Origin: Marsupella aquatica
Lineage: Eukaryota > Plantae > Marchantiophyta
Length of the DNA stretch: 64,000 nucleotides
Direction: 5' to 3'
NCBI GenBank assembly: GCA_973895155.1
Contig: OZ316893.1
Coordinates: forward strand, 24,293,520-24,357,519
The notes beneath the pieces are model-generated. The model had not been told where the DNA came from. It saw only the letters and a program-made list of their open reading frames with translations, and did not search any database. Position 1 is the first letter of the stretch, and each line of letters opens with the position of its first letter. Shown one piece after another: positions 24,901 through 35,808 of this stretch. The position numbers and the translations under genes were made by a program.

Positions 24901-26231
24901 GCACGTACTCACACACGTCCAATCAATTTGAAAATTCAGAATTGAGAGTAAGTTGAAGCTCGCATTGAAGAATGAATAAGAAAGAATAAACAGTGAACCT
25001 GCAAAGCCATATCCGCACAACACGATACGACCAGAAGTAGTTGGAGTTTGGGGTTGGCCCCTGAGCCGAGATCTATACTCCTTGTTGATCCTAAGCTCTT
25101 CATTGATTTGTCCCTGCCTGGATTCCAAACCAGTTCCGAGCAGGGAGACCTGCTCTAATCCGGTAAAGCTGTTTTGAAGCAGATCCAACAGAGACTCATA
25201 TACGTCGTCTCCAATCAATCCGTCACATCCCCTCAAGTAGAGATCCGTGAGGGTACTATTTGCTTTCAGGGCAGGAATAATTGTCTCCTTCCAATCTGTA
25301 GGCAGGAATGGCGCCAAGCAGGTCTTGCCGTTGCCTTCTCTATAGAGTCCTAAAAAGCGCAGGGACTTGTTTGTTTTGATCATGTGTGTCACAGACTCCA
25401 CACATTCCCGGTTGGCGTCCCATAAATACAACCTTTTCAAAATAATGTTCTTCAAGCTGTCTGAATTCGTTGCATCTTCCCCAACATCCGGGGTCAGTGG
25501 CTGGAGTAAGATCTTCATTCCTTCTCTCCCCATAGCTCCAACCCCAACACATAAAGTCTCCAATGTGGTGTTGCTCACCAATGCCGATGACTCGTGTTTT
25601 GCCGCTTCTAGAGAGCTACAAGTGTTATGCAGATACAATTCTTTGATTGTCGCGTTATTGGTCAGAAATTCTGCTACACACAAGATTCCTTCATCCAACA
25701 AGGGGTTGTCCGACAAAATGAGTATTTCGAGGGTGTTGTTTGACTTGAGCCCATGTAGTAGGCATCTCACACCTTCACCTCCCATCTCAACCTCTCTAAT
25801 GCGAAGCATGCGCAAAGACGAATTAGTTGACAAAGCATGGCCCAAGAGGGCGCACCCGTGGACTGTACCAAACACCTTATTTTCATGTAAGACAAGACGT
25901 GTAATATTGGTGTTGGAACATAAGTTGACACATAGAGCAGCTGCCTCGCTCACGCTCATAGCTTGAACGGCTTCAGAACAATAGAGTGGAACGGTAAATG
26001 AAATGTCACGACCGAGCGTAGCAAAATCACAGCTCTCCCCAACTCAGGATGTGTCGTGTTGGTCAACTTGTTCAGGTGCAAATTATCTCCACTGCTGTTG
26101 ACCTCATTCACTGTTTCAACAATACTCTGTTCCGAACATCCTGCTTCACGAAGAGCAGCCTCCATGCCCAGCTCTCCAACTCTGCTCCAATAAGCCACTG
26201 CTTCATCCCAGTAGCTGCTACTTACAGCCAT
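21952..26231 (-). CDS. TORNADO1-like LRR-ROC-COR (ROCO) GTPase; apparent frameshift near the 5' end
   Basis: Ribonuclease-inhibitor-type LRRs (LSTNSSLRMLRI, LKSNNTLEILILSDN, LTNNATIKELYLHNT). The P-loop GYGFAG/KT is split by intron 24998-24648. G3 is WDFAGQKEYYALHDYMF and G4 is VLTKTD. The COR motif LTPGFFPRLQ/VHLRN is split by intron 23301-23086. C-terminal IKLHLLCD..DGSHKVEGQLG and WVCESH resemble TRN1. Exons: about 26231-24999, 24647-23302 and 23085-21952. Confidence 0.88.
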
Positions 26232-26795
26232 CTTGAACCCAATTTTTAACAACTTGCAATCAAAGGAAGATTCAGCTGCCCTTGTCGTTGAACCAATTCA
26301 CTGATGATATGTTCTTGAGCGGGTATATGGAAGGCGCTAGCACAAAGAGATTCCCTTCCAAATTTCAGCTTCCTGCGCCGGGGTCAATTTGCATGAATCA
26401 GTACGCATCACACGTTTTCCTGAACAAGCGATCGCCCACGACGCTTGTAGACCTTTCACTGGATTCTACAGTACTATTTCTTTCTAGCTTGGAGTGTATT
26501 TTTAAGACAATTGCCCAATGGAATCTGTCGAGCTAGACATTACGCCCAAGTCCTCTAGATACAATGGATGACGGTCGAGCTAGGAAGGTTCTCCTTGGTA
26601 CGGATCGTGTAATCACTACCTCTGTCAATTTCCCAGGATCGGTAACATTACTTTCGACTCTCGCCTGGAAGAATAGCTCCTGATGAGTTCGTTGCTCTCA
26701 TTGAACGTAGGCTCCGATCATGTACGCTGGAGCCCGTCACTTCCAACTCGAAATGCTTTGCCTTTCCCTGCAAGTCGCCAACAGCCTCCTGTCCG

Positions 26796-26904
26796 TCACA
26801 AGACGGACAATAATCAACAGGAAAGAGATGTCAAATATCACAGCGTGGCCACAAGACGGACAATAATCAACAGGAAAGAGATGTCAAATATCACAGCGTG
26901 GCCA
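26796..26904. repeat. About 54-bp tandem duplication
   Basis: CACAAGACGGACAATAATCAACAGGAAAGAGATGTCAAATATCACAGCGTGGC occurs twice. Confidence 0.9.
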
Positions 26905-26956
26905 GTTGTACAAGTGACGTCACAGGTGCGCTTCCCTGCATAGATCAGGCTCACTG

Positions 26957-27149
26957 TATTGTCGTAGGATGCTCTCCCTTCTTGAGTGATCGGATTGGAA
27001 TGCTTATGCACGCAGGTATGCACGTGGTTCTCAATTGGAGAAGAATCAAAATCTATTGTCGTAGGATGCTCTCCCTTCTTGAGTGATCGGATTGGAATGC
27101 TTGTGCACGCAGGTATGCACGTGGTTCTCAACTGGAGAAGAATCAAAAT
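26957..27149. repeat. About 97-bp near-perfect tandem duplication
   Basis: TATTGTCGTAGGATGCTCTCCCTT...GGAGAAGAATCAAAAT occurs twice with about 3 differences. Confidence 0.9.
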
Positions 27150-28044
27150 TACCGGCACCGGCAGTGATGTTGTTTAGGCTAGGGTTGGTAGTTGGTACTC
27201 TTGGACTGCGATAAACCGGAGTTCATATTTTTTCTTCCTATGCAAATGTAGACCAACCCATGAATAAAGGATGACAGTTCCATGAAACAGCTTGCCTCAC
27301 TTATCCTGTCTTCTAGGATCGAAATAAAAGCGCATTCCGATTTTAAAATCAGGAAAGAAATGACCCTGACCGAGGAAACTAAAAATAAACTGTGCACGAC
27401 CCTAAACTGTAGGTCCAACTCGAATTGCCAGTTGTAAAAATAATTTGATTGACTCTTACTTTTGATTCTTGACCTGCTAACAATTCGGAGGAATTTCAGT
27501 TTTGGTCTCCGCTGGTTTACCTGCGATACATCCATGCAGAACAACCTCGTACTCGAGCAATTTTAATATTTCAAATACAAAGGTCACCATCGATCAACGG
27601 TTGAGTTGTGCTGCTGCAAGACGAGGTGCTCTTGTGACTTCTTGCGTAACAGACTCTTTCCTGATATTTCATACCTCAAAAGAACAGGCAACGAGAATTA
27701 AACGACTTTGGAGTCTCACAGAGAGACCTTGTGCAGGGGTCCGATTCAGTTGCCTTTCGACAATAAATCAATATCGTCAACCACGGGATCCGTAGCAGGA
27801 GAAAAGGTTCCCAATTAACACACGTCCAGTGCATTGACTCGACGCCAGAGTTGATGCAATAGAAAGAACTCTCCGAAAGCATGTGAAGAACGATGTAAAG
27901 TGATTCCAAACAAACAAATGTTGAACCCACGTATCATATTAGGCTCTGATAATCATTCATCAAGTTCTTCTGAGGTAATACCATGTGCACAAGTGCCATC
28001 TGCACAGCGGCTATTCACAGCTGTAACTTGAAGCTCCGCACTTC

Positions 28045-28595
28045 AGTTGGCACTCTTGCTTTTAAAAATGATCAAGAACATCAACCGGTGGCTATCCAGG
28101 CTCCCTGATCATTTCCTATACTGAAAGAGGGTAACAAAAGTGTCCAATTCTTATATACCATTGTGGCTGAGAGATGCATTCGCCAACGATATACAGTGTC
28201 GGGAGACGCCTGGATAAGTTGGAAAGGAGAAATGTCCAGGATCCCATCGAAATATATGTTCAGAATTTATTTTATGCAACTTGGAAATTTACTTGCTCAA
28301 GACACCATGTTGGGCTGTCTAAGTTATCCCTGCTTTGACAAGTTCAACATTTGTTGTCCGACCCTAGCGAATCAATTGGTACAACTTGGCAGCATTTGTA
28401 CACAGGCCAATTGTCACTGGAGTCGACTGGATGAATGCCAATCGATGCTGGGATTGCACTCCCTTGTCACAATGGGAGCTGCAGATGCCACTACTGAATT
28501 GTTTCCGTCAATCTTGTGTATGTCATTCATTCCATAAAGCCAGATTTCTCTTCCTCCAGAACGGATGCACAAAATTCATCGTGGGTTTAAGTAGC
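28045..28595. repeat. About 550-bp dispersed direct repeat, copy 2
   Basis: Diverged copy of 18634-19244 with several indels. Confidence 0.9.
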
Positions 28596-29841
28596 TTTCT
28601 TCGGAATTGTTTCAATGGTACGAAATGCCATTGCGATCTCCAAGCTTTAGGGAGCCCTTAACATTCGCCTTGATTGATTTCATCTCGCGTTCGTCAAGTG
28701 CTTATGGCAAGAGTCGAGGCTCTGTCACCCGACACATGAACAAGATAGGAGTGGTTTCGGTGATACGGGTGATTGGGGCTGAACACTCCCCTTGATATGG
28801 CTTTGCCACTTGACACATGAACAAGACAGAATCGTTTCAGTAATTGGGCGAATATAGTAGATTTTGTCGCCTGCTTGCTAGCTTGTGAAGGCATGACAAT
28901 CTCACGGTACGTGGATTAGTACGGAAACCGCTGTAAGTAGAAGTTCAGAGAAATATTGTTTTAGAAAACATTGCCCGGCTTGCTTCGTCAACACTATTTT
29001 GTCTCGTAGTCACAGAAGTTTTTGGGTGTGTTTGAAAAAAAACGGGAACAAGTTCTTGCAAGATTTCAGATTTTCTTGATGACCAAGACCGACTGACTGC
29101 TAATTATTATTGTTCACATCTTTTTTCAGTCACTTTCACGAAATCCAGATAATAAATTGATCATGACGGGCTATCCTGCAAGCTGTTTGCCCGAGGCTGC
29201 ACCTAGAAGAGATGTTAAACTTCCTTTGGCAAATATACTATCGACAGGGCACATCATTGAGCAAGAAGCTAACCACAAAGGTTGTTTTGCACCCACCTTA
29301 CACGATAAATTACAATTCTCAGAGTGAGAAACATAACAAAGGAAACAGTATAGAGAGCCCGCTTAAAAAATTTAATTTACATCGCTCTGTAGAGCTTAGG
29401 TGAGCTAAGTCCAGGTAATGACCAGGGACCACATGAATTCTATCAGTCTGACTGAATAAATTTCAACAACCAAGCCGACCAAGACGAGCCACGTTTGCTG
29501 ACATTTGCTAGAAATACGTGAAAGCAAACTAGCTTTGATAAAATATTCACCTTCGTGAAGAGGAAAAGAATTGATTGCGATTGATTCAAGAATGTCATGT
29601 ACCAAACAAATTGTTGCTGCAGTCGGATGGGTCAGTGGCCCTCTCCTTGACCCTTTAATTATTCCTCAGCATGTTGTCAATTATCCTGCATTACATTAGT
29701 GGTAAGAATGTTTCAGACTGACTTGGATCAATGCAACTATGCTAGAGAGGAAAAGTCTTCCTTAAATCATTATATAAAGAGGAAACAAATCGATATAAAA
29801 TTCTACTGCTGAGCGCAAAATGAAAGTGAAACAAGCTCAGA

Positions 29842-32179
29842 TCACACACTAGAGCTCACTGTTACAGCATCCTCCAGACAAAGATCACCAACCTCCGTTG
29901 CATCCTGGTCATTGGTAGGGGGTGACTCGGGAGCATCTACTTGGTTGATTCCAAAGAAGCCAATGAGAACTGCAACAGCTCCAACTATGTTCATGAATGA
30001 AGGAATGACCCCACGGATTGTATCCAAGACAGCTGCTATTGGGACTTGAATTGTTAATCCTGCTGTCGCTGCAGTGGGTGTAGTCAGCAGTACGGCCCTC
30101 GCCCACAAATAATCACTCAAGACATTATCAAAAAGCCCTGCATTACATTGTCCAACTACCATTAGATATCGTTGCAGAGTCAATTTTTACGAATTGGATG
30201 GCTGTCTGCCGTCATTGGGGTCACAGGTGATCATGTATATGTAGTTTTGGAGCACCATATCTGGAGCTCATGGCCATGGTGTGCAAGAGAGTGACAGAAA
30301 TATTCTATTTGCCAGGACTCTTTGACGACCTTGACCAACGTTCACATCATATTCAGAAACATTCAGACATGGATTCCAGCTATGAAAAAAATAAATCTTC
30401 AACCACGTGTTTTTCACCTAGGATAGAAACTGCTGAGAAAAGAGAAGGTGCAATATTAGATGAGTTCTTGTATGTCCAATTTCCGGAGAAACAGATAGGA
30501 TCACGCACCTTTTCCTACAATTAGCCCAAGTTGATAGCGAGAGAGCCGGGAAAAGGACTCTAATTTAGTAAAATGGAGAAGTAGAGCAACCGGTGCAAGT
30601 AGCAGAGCATTGAAGAAACCAAGATACCCGAAGACAAGAGCAGTGCTACAATTTCCTTTCTCATCATCTTCGTCAGAAATCTTAACCCGAATGAGAGCCG
30701 TGTATGTGGCATAGAATATTGCTGACGCCAAGCAAATGACATCCCCAAACAACGGGTGGCTTGCAGTATTATCTGACCCTTTCCATGAATCACCAAGGCT
30801 CACAATGATGGTGCCGGCCATGCAGAGGGTAACACTGGCTAGCTTAAGCCATGTAAACCTCTCTCCTAGAAATTGCAGTGAGACCAGGAATGTGAACATG
30901 CTCGATGTTGTGCTAAGTATGGTGTTTGACTGGAATAGACACAACAAACAATCTGTCAATTGCATGTTCTGTGTCTCTTCTCTAAAGCCTACCTCCATTT
31001 TCCTCGGGTCGCAAAGTATGCAATTGTTTAACAGTATGCCTTCATTTGCTCATTCCATCGTTACTGTCTGCCTAAACTAATAACCCTATTTAGGCCACAT
31101 GGACTTTGATATCAATCCCTTTCAATGTCTTAGATTCCAGTTGGACAATCACGAATAAAAAAGCTGACAAGCAATTGAGATTGACTCCTGTCTGCCTGCA
31201 TATGGAGATAAACTTGAATGCCATCAACTTCATCCAGCTTAAACGGAGCTTCAGGGAGCACTAAGTCACTTCGAATGTGTCTCGTTTCCAAGCGACAGGT
31301 CACGTAAAAACACAGTTCTCAGGATGTTACTAACGCCACATGGACATTGCAGGACTTGGGTGGACCAGAGGAGGATAGGGCTCGCACCCACTGGATTCTA
31401 ACTCAAATTGCCTTTAGGCAAAACAATTCAAACCATGGCATTCAGAATTATGATCTAGAGGTCCAAGCTTCTGAGAGGCAATATTCCAACATAGAAAAGC
31501 GAGGGTTCCTGGATGGACTCACAGTCACTGTCGTATACTTTAAGGAGAGGTTGAAAGTGAACTGTGCAAGGAACCAGAAGGGACAGATTGTCAGGCCGAC
31601 CATAGCTGTTCGCATTCTCGACCATGGCTTGTCAACACCGTCATCTACAGTTCCAACGCTGCTAATATTATCCACATTCAGCATGGTACGTCCTTCAGAA
31701 TGTCCATCTGAAGACCCCGTTCCCTCATCATCCTGCACCTCAAGCTCATCGGATATTTCCTTTATGGTTCTGGTAGGGTTGTGATGATCACCAGTTCCAC
31801 TAGGAGCTCTTGCTTCAAGGTTCTCCAAAAGAGTCTCACTTTCAAGAGAGACGTTGCCTTCATGTGGCAACTCGGTCACCTTCTCCACATCATGGGCAAG
31901 TTTCCCATACACATTCTTCCCCCACCAGCCACGCTCTTTGAAGGCACGTCCCAAATATTGGCGAACTTCAACGATGGGAATGTAGATGATAAAGAGAGAA
32001 TTGCATATATACGTGATCAAGAATGGAGATACACCACTGTCTTCTACAGACTGCACGACGAAGCTCGCGGCTATCCAAATCAAGGCTACCAAAACAATGT
32101 ACACCATGCCCCAGACCCATCGCCATGTTGATACACTGTCCGTGTGCCTTCCAAGGGGTTGCTTGACTGCTGAACTCAT
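29842..32179 (-). CDS. EamA/DMT-superfamily SLC35F-type (THI74-like) membrane transporter, 3 coding exons
   Basis: Exons 32179-31523, 30929-30509 and 30137-29842 give WVWGMVYIVLVALIWIAASFVVQSV..PFLITYICNSLF, CPFWFLAQFTFNLSLKYTTVT/SNTILSTTSSMFTF and KG/LFDNVLSDYLWARAVLLTTPTAATAGLTIQVP. There are multiple TM helices. Confidence 0.93.
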
Positions 32180-32773
32180 TTCCTTAGTTTCTCTACACAA
32201 TTTACAATTGGCGCCAAATCATCCCCTATCCAGTTTTTCCGTACAACAAATTTCTCAAAAGCAAGGCAATTCCATTCACGAGCCCCGCCCTAATCCAGCT
32301 TCAAATTCGCAACGACCAGCGCTCAATGCAATACTCCACCACTCCGTGTCCGATACTCGGGGTGTCCATTTGAGGTCAATGACACACGCAAGTAGACCGG
32401 TGTTGCAACGATTCATTCAGTCACATAAAAGCCAGCAGCGATGAGGTAATGGAATACTCATCTAACCTTCAGAACGAGTGAAGAGAATGCAAAACAAGAT
32501 TGACACTCTCTTTTCTCTTTCGTTAGCGGAAGGTCAAGTTCATCCGCGCACGAGAGGCAGTCAGAAGCGCAATTCTCAGTCATGGCTAGCAAACGATAGA
32601 GTCTCTTGAGGAAATCACCGTAGTCCTCAGTTAGAGCTCTGACTGCCGAGAGACTGGCGGTCACCAACGATTCAATTATTTCCATTCCATCTGCTTTAGC
32701 GATGAGCGATCTTCACCGACGTCCGAACTATGCGAATCGTAATCTCCTTGTTTCCCTTCTTCTGTTCTCTTAC

Positions 32774-33078
32774 AATTTGGACGCGAAACGATTGCACGGG
32801 AACCTCGTGCACTCTTCATAAATGTGGGCGAGCATAATAATTACACACGGCACGTCTTCTTCTTCCTTGAAAACTAGTTTTGCTCCAAGAAAGCGCGCAG
32901 CAGAGGAGGTGAGGTGGAGCGGGGGCGGCACACGAGTAATTTGGACGCAAAAAGATTGCACGGGAACCTCGTGCACTTTTCATGAATGTGGGAGAGCATA
33001 ATAGTGTCACACCGGACGTCTTCTTCTTCCTTGAAAAGTAGTTGTACTCCATGAAATCGCACAGCAGAGGACGTGAGC
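32774..33078. repeat. About 164-bp diverged tandem duplication
   Basis: AATTTGGACGC..GATTGCACGGGAACCTCGTGCACT...CGTCTTCTTCTTCCTTGAAAA...CAGCAGAGGA.GTGAG occurs at 32774 and 32938. Confidence 0.88.
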
Positions 33079-33305
33079 AGAATCGGGGACGACACACGAG
33101 ACACGAAAGGAACCCAGAAAGAAACAGAGTGCAGCTCTGAAGCTATCTGTCTGAAGCAAACGAAGACAACCAGAGTAATAAAGTTGCACATTTCTCGAAC
33201 ATCCTAAAAGAATGGTCTACAAAGAAATCAGGGTAAAAATATAAGATTACCAAAGAAGAGCCCCATAGACACACAGGTTGATCCTTGATGAACCCAAGAG
33301 CAGAA

Positions 33306-33398
33306 TTAGCTCCTTTGCCATCGTGTGGGACTTTGATTATTCCTGGGATTTTTAGCTCCTTTGCCATCGTGTGGGACTTTGATTATTCCTGGGATTTT
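33306..33398. repeat. About 46-bp tandem duplication
   Basis: TTAGCTCCTTTGCCATCGTGTGGGACTTTGATTATTCCTGGGATTT occurs twice. Confidence 0.9.
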
Positions 33399-34044
33399 CC
33401 CCTTGCTTTCTCCCCTTTATTTGGGTGTCCTCTCTCCCAGTTTGGCATCCCAGTTTGTCGCCTTTTATTCTATGGCAGTATGACGTATATTTTGGAAAAA
33501 ACTATGAATAGTGTTATGGAAATATAATTTGATGCTTGGACTATGTCTATGGGGTTTTGTGAGTCCATCCCAGTGCCTTGTCAAACTTTTATGTTTATCA
33601 AGGGCTTTACTTTAGTTTCCATAATTACCCTTACAAGCTACCAGATTACTGATGTACCCTTCAAGTTTGAAATTTACAAAGCATCCCTGTAATGTCTAGC
33701 CTAAGGTATATTACTTTGTTTCTCACTATAGCTGTGGCTATGTCTTGGCTTGCAACGATCAGAACCTATAATGTGCTGTGCTGTACGATTAGGGTGCACA
33801 TTGCATAGCAGTAGAATAATTTTTGCTTTCAATGGTGGTTGATAGTAGTGGTGGCATAAGGAACACTTGCATTCCAGCGAATTTTGGTGGATTTGTAAAT
33901 TTTTCCAGAACTTATAGTATTTTTAACAAGCTAAAGATGGGCACAAAACTGCAAAGAATGGAATAATTCACTTCCTTAAGTTGTGGTCCAGGTTCTCTTG
34001 TTTTATGCAGAGAAGGGGCTATAAAAGCTAAGATTAGATCTTTA

Positions 34045-34364
34045 TCCAAGTGTTTTTTTTTCTCTTATTTAAAAAATAATAATTTAAAGGAGAAATCTAT
34101 GAAACTCCACAGAAAGAGAATAGTCAATCACAACAATTGAACCCATGACTTATCCAAGTGTTTTGCTTGTATAGGATTTTAAATTTAGTTGTGATGTATG
34201 AAAATGGAAAAAGAGCTCAGAGAGACATGGCTGTGTGGTAACTCACTTGAGTGCAAATTAATAGGGCTTGGGTTCAAATGTTGTCATTGACTGTTCACTT
34301 TCTGTGGGGTTTCACATATTTCCCTTAAATTTATAAAAATTAAAAATGGAAAAAGAAGCTTGGA
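34045..34364. mobile_element. Foldback/MITE-like element with about 100-bp imperfect inverted arms
   Basis: The left arm 34045-34145 (..GGAGAAATCTATGAAACTCCACAGAAAGAGAATAGTCAATCACAACAATTGAACCCA) approximates the reverse complement of 34269-34364 (TGGGTTCAAATGTTGTCATTGACTGTTCACTTTCTGTGGGGTTTCACATATTTCCC..CTTGGA). Confidence 0.65.
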
Positions 34365-34957
34365 TGTCCGGGTTTGCACAAATGCCTGAATAGACTCGCA
34401 CAACATGCACGAACCTCAGCAAAATTTCTTTTTGCTCCAATGAGACACATTAATGCATTACACCAGGGAGTAATCTTAGAAGAGAAAAATAACCAGAGTG
34501 AAATGTGAGAAAAAAACTACAAATCTTTGGAAATGTGGTAGCTCTCTCAATTCTCAATGAAAGTTAGAGATATTGGGATTGATGAGAAGGTCTTTCCAAG
34601 CCACTTCCAACAGCATGAGAAGAGTCTCAGCTAGTGAGGGGTGGAAGGGGTGTCACTATCCATTGGGGTTTGTAGAGTTAACATGGGTCCATCCTAGTAT
34701 CTTTTCATGAAATCGTGCATTTCAATTAAAGTGATATGGACTTATAGTAGATTGCTGTAGTTAATTTAGAATAGGACGACTTTTCTTTTGGAATGGAATT
34801 GTCACGGCGTCAATAAAAATTGATTTCATACACACACCGCTTTGTGATCCGATAGGAGTTCAAATGTGGAATGGAGATCCCATCTGAGCTTATCAAACTT
34901 TCTCTCAGCCATAATGCTCAAGGTTTGACCCTACTACACTAGAGCTCACAGCATGAA

Positions 34958-35084
34958 AAGTCGAAATGACGATGATCTTGCAATCGAGCTATTGGGTAGA
35001 AACAAGTCAAAATGACGATGATCTTGCAATCGAGCTATTGGGTAGAAACAAGTCGAAATGATGATGACCTTGCAATCGAGCTAT
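34958..35084. repeat. 46-bp tandem repeat, about 2.7 copies
   Basis: AAGTCGAAATGACGATGATCTTGCAATCGAGCTATTGGGTAGAAAC is repeated. Confidence 0.9.
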
Positions 35085-35808
35085 GGCACTCTGTTCCACT
35101 CGAGACACGTGTATTATCCTCTGAATCCGAAGGATGCTGCATTATTTAGATAAACATCGTATCGTAACGGAGGAGAGTTGATTCAATTTTGATCAGTGAT
35201 CCATCGTTTTGAATCGGGAAATCTTCGTATCCGCTCCCAAGAGATCACTCGAAATGCTATGCAGCACACGGATATGGAGCACAGAGCGGTTCTTTGGGAA
35301 GATTCTTGCTAGTGGGTGCCTTGATTCGCTCGTAACTCTTAAATTGGCTTGAGCTGGAATGATGAGCCATCTGCTTTTTGTGTTCAAGAAATCTCTTTTC
35401 GAAAAGTTTTCTCCTCTTCTCTACCGTCGGTGAGGAATCTCTTGTGTTGCTGGTTATCATAGTATCGGTGGGAAAGTCTGGACTAATTGCAAAATTGCAT
35501 GATGGGTTTTATTCTTGTGTCAGAGCGATCTCCCCCATGGTTTTATTCACTATCAGAGCTTCTTGTGCAAGACTCAATTGTTTCCATTAATGCTCTCTAA
35601 GATTGCGCTTGCACTCATCCTTCCTTGTGGCAGGCAGTCTTCTTGTTGTTACTGAAGGAAGGGAATTGCCATGAAGGCATCCATCAATTCCCGGACATAT
35701 TCCTCGCTTTTATTGGGGAGCATCGATCAGTAGGTTTCTTCAATTAGTACATGACCCTCCAAAATCAGTGCTTTCGTGGAATCTGGTCTAGGATTGACAC
35801 AAGCGATT

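Noticed and set aside
25367-25966. 199-aa plus-strand ORF
   Set aside because: It is an antisense shadow of the ROCO LRR exon.
18634-28595. Direct repeats as LTRs of a retrotransposon carrying the ROCO gene
   Set aside because: No TG..CA termini, PBS, PPT, TSD or gag-pol remnants were seen, and the enclosed gene retains introns.
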